This document shows, in pieces, positions 61,281-64,000 of a stretch of 64,000 nt of DNA. This stretch comes from Dicyema japonicum (taxonomy: Eukaryota; Animalia; Dicyemida), in contig RDEW01000027.1 of the NCBI GenBank assembly GCA_011109175.1, positions 70,028 to 134,027 on the forward strand, read 5' to 3'. Position 1 is the first letter of the stretch. Every line of letters starts with the position of its first letter. The notes under the pieces are model-generated. The model was given only the letters and a program-made list of their open reading frames with translations. It was not told the origin of the DNA and searched no databases. Made by a program: the position numbers and the translations under genes.

Positions 61281-62416
61281 ATGTCAGAGATCAGTGATAT
61301 TTTCCAAAATGATTTCTCGGATGAATTTACCGACGAAGTACATTTTAAATTCATCATAGGACCTCTCTCACTCAATTACAACTGAGAATGTTGACAATCC
61401 GTTATTTACCTTAGAGATTCGAATCAAGTTCAGAAAATGCTGTTAGACTTTGATTTACTTTAGGCTAGCGAATTCAATGGAAGCATTAATTTGGTAGTAA
61501 AAATAGTCACGTGTTAGAACTATTCGTTTACTAAAGAGACACTAAATTATGAAGACTTGAATTGTACAGATGTAAGATTGGTGGACTATAATAAAGATAT
61601 CAACTAAGGACCGAACATTGAAATCACTAGATATAAAAAAATGCGAGAAAAATTGTGTTTTTGTAAACAGGAATCCCAAAATTGGCCTAGGCCTTCAAAT
61701 TTCAGTGGATCTTGTAACAAATCAAGTTTATGTGTCTTCAATAGTTTGCTATTCCATAACTAGAGATGCCTGATTCCCCCTTGGTCGATAAATTAGCTCC
61801 TTTTGACATCCTCTGCTCAGTTAACGATCATGAACTGGTCGGAATGTCTCTAAATGAGGCTTCGATGTTATTCAAAGTAATTTTTTCAAACATTAGAGAC
61901 CTTGTCCGGATTTTTGAGAATAATATATGCACGACAGATAGAAAGGTCATTTCGAAGAAACTCAATTATGAACGTAGTCTACGAAAGACCAAACAGATCC
62001 GTTAAGGAAACCAAATTTATGAGTATCAGAGGTTATTCGCTTAATTAATTCTCTAGCAAGCAAAAGTAGCTTAGTCGAAAAACCCAAACAGTTGTACTGA
62101 GAGGAAGTGTTATTTTTAGATCATATAGCGTACGTGTGGTCAAAAAGGACAGGGGTCCTTTGGGATTTACAATAACCAGCGATAAAAAGATGAAAAATGA
62201 TTGCTTTGATAAGGTTATTATCAAAGAAATTACTTCTGGCATAAAGTATGGGAGCAAAGTCCATCTCAAAGTCAAAGGAATACTGTATTTTAGAAAGGAG
62301 ATGAAATACTATCGATAAACAATGAAAAACTTTCGGGGGTAAGTAAAAAAAAACTTGCTAGTATATTCAACAATCTACCAGAAAGTAAAATAGATTTGGA
62401 AATTTTACGAAATTAA
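61281..62416 (+). CDS. Tandem two-PDZ-domain protein (11 exons)
   Basis: PDZ1 RNPKIGLGLQIS...VYVSSIMPDSP...DILCSVNDHELVGMSLNEA; PDZ2 KKDRGPLGFTI...KGDEILSINNEKL. Ten 22-26-nt GT-AG introns give one open frame. The N-terminal micro-exons are less certain. Confidence 0.82.
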
Positions 62417-62496
62417 TAGTTAATTTATTTGGCATTATAAAGTCGTAATTTGTTTATTATTGAACCATTGTACTTGACATGATAGGATTTTATAAG

Positions 62497-62930
62497 CCAC
62501 GTGGTGCCATGTGTCTACTTTATTAAAGATTTCTCCCTTTTTTACAGAAGTGGCGTCATATGATTTACCTGTCTCAGGTTGCGCCCAGTGGCAGGGCGGC
62601 ACGAGAAGTGATTATTTAGTCTCTCCCACTCCACTGGAAGGGATTCCACAACTGCAAGGAATGGACGTCTTTTGTTTTTTATGTTGATTCTGGATTGAGT
62701 CGTGTGAGAGTGAAGACTCTGTAGTGGGAACCGGAGGGACTTAATTAGTTGTTAACTGCAACTTCTATCTCGGTAGTGCTGTCACTCCCGTCACATTTAG
62801 CTGTGGCTTCGTTACTTTGTCGAATGGTTTCTGCTCTTTCCCTTCTTCAATTCCCAGAGTTGTCATTGGATCCACCTAACTCAGGAGATTTAAAAGATCC
62901 GTCTTTTTTCTACTTCAGTGGTGGATACTT
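62497..62930 (+). mobile_element. Family A copy followed by a truncated family B motif
   Basis: gtcatatgatttacctgtctcaggttgcgcccagtgg...ggcacgagaagtgattat at about 62550-62615; tggatccacctaactcaggag at about 62868. Confidence 0.8.
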
Positions 62931-63494
62931 GGAAATGATGCTTCCTATTCCTACCGGAAAAACTGTACGAAATATATTTCGGATATTTTATAAATGTCAG
63001 TTTCTTCCACATCGCTCGAGTGTTAGCCAGCAGTCTTATGGAAGTCATACTTGTTCCGAAACATGTTACTCATGCATCAAATTCACTGAACTCTGGCGAG
63101 AATGACCATATCAACTCACTCCAGCAAATTCCCGCGTCTTCTTCCATTACAAGAAAGAACATCAATTGCTAATCTCCTTTCAGTGGAGTCGATCAGAAAC
63201 AATGGCGAGGTTTTGTGCGTGTCTGTAAAGAACCAGTAAACCAATTTAGGGAAGGGTTATATATGCGGAAGAATGAAAAAGGACACCACAACCTAGTATC
63301 TCTGCAGAAATCCAAGAAGACAGTTCGGAAGAGGTTTGTCGACGGTACCAGTCGAGAAGAGTTTGGGAGTCGGTGAGGGACAACTCGCCTACGGGAAAAA
63401 ATAATGTAAAAAAATCTCATAAATTAAGTACACGTTAGCATTGATTCTTAGATAACAGATGAGCATTTCAGTGAGTATAACTATATGATGACAA

Positions 63495-63776
63495 GTAAAG
63501 ATATTGAATATAAATATATATTGAATAGTGATCATACTACTATAACTATTACGGCGTTTAAACAATATGAGAATAAATATCGTATTTATGGATTTTCTGT
63601 TTGTGTTGGGCATAAAAGAAATAAGTGCGTTTCACGTAAAGATTTTGAATATAAATATACATTGAATAGGGATCATACTACTATAACTATTACGGCGTTT
63701 AAACAATATGAGAATAAATATCGTATTTATGGATTTTCTGTTTGTGTTGGGCATAAAAGAAATAAGTGTGTTTCAC
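63495..63776 (+). repeat. 141-bp (47-codon) in-frame tandem repeat in an unidentified ORF
   Basis: Units 63495-63635 and 63636-63776 differ at only a few bases; the frame stays open from 63485 to 63805. Confidence 0.92.
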
Positions 63777-64000
63777 TTGAAAATCAGTTTAAAAAATTAA
63801 AATAGAAGGATATTATCAATGTGGATTCATCTCACAAAGCTATAAAAATGTGACTATTGAAATTTCATCTCTTAAAATACAATTTTTCCGCAATGATTTG
63901 AGTTTTCAATTAATTGGAAACGGTTTCTGAATTTGGTTGAATTTTAGATAAAGGATGCTTTGAAGGACAAATATCGATTGAAATAAAAGCCTTAAAAAAA

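Overview
AT-rich eukaryotic (metazoan-type) genomic DNA. It uses the standard genetic code and has no rRNA, true tRNA or CRISPR features. Seven host genes could be spliced by eye: an SH3 protein, ABCC10/MRP7, an SLC3A-family heavy chain, MVD, CTDNEP1, an R3H-SUZ (R3HDM/ARPP21/encore-like) protein and a tandem-PDZ protein. Every intron resolved is only 21-31 nt, which suggests a dicyemid mesozoan (inference; other miniaturised parasites are not excluded). The compact genes sit as islands in decayed, often nested transposons. Retroelements: R4/Dong-like and CRE-like RLE elements, RTE LINEs, I-group (Ingi/Vingi-like) LINEs carrying 2A/StopGo motifs, a tRNA-derived SINE sharing its tail with the RTE, and a second SINE-like family. 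DNA transposons: pogo/Tigger, MULE, hAT, Merlin and an integrase-type element. The most interesting signals are (1) a covarying three-way-junction RNA motif found both upstream of the 2A-endonuclease ORFs and in about 10 non-autonomous copies, and (2) splice-site choices that suggest a hard ~21-nt minimum intron 'ruler'. Gene models were spliced manually and transposon boundaries are approximate unless TIRs or TSDs are quoted.
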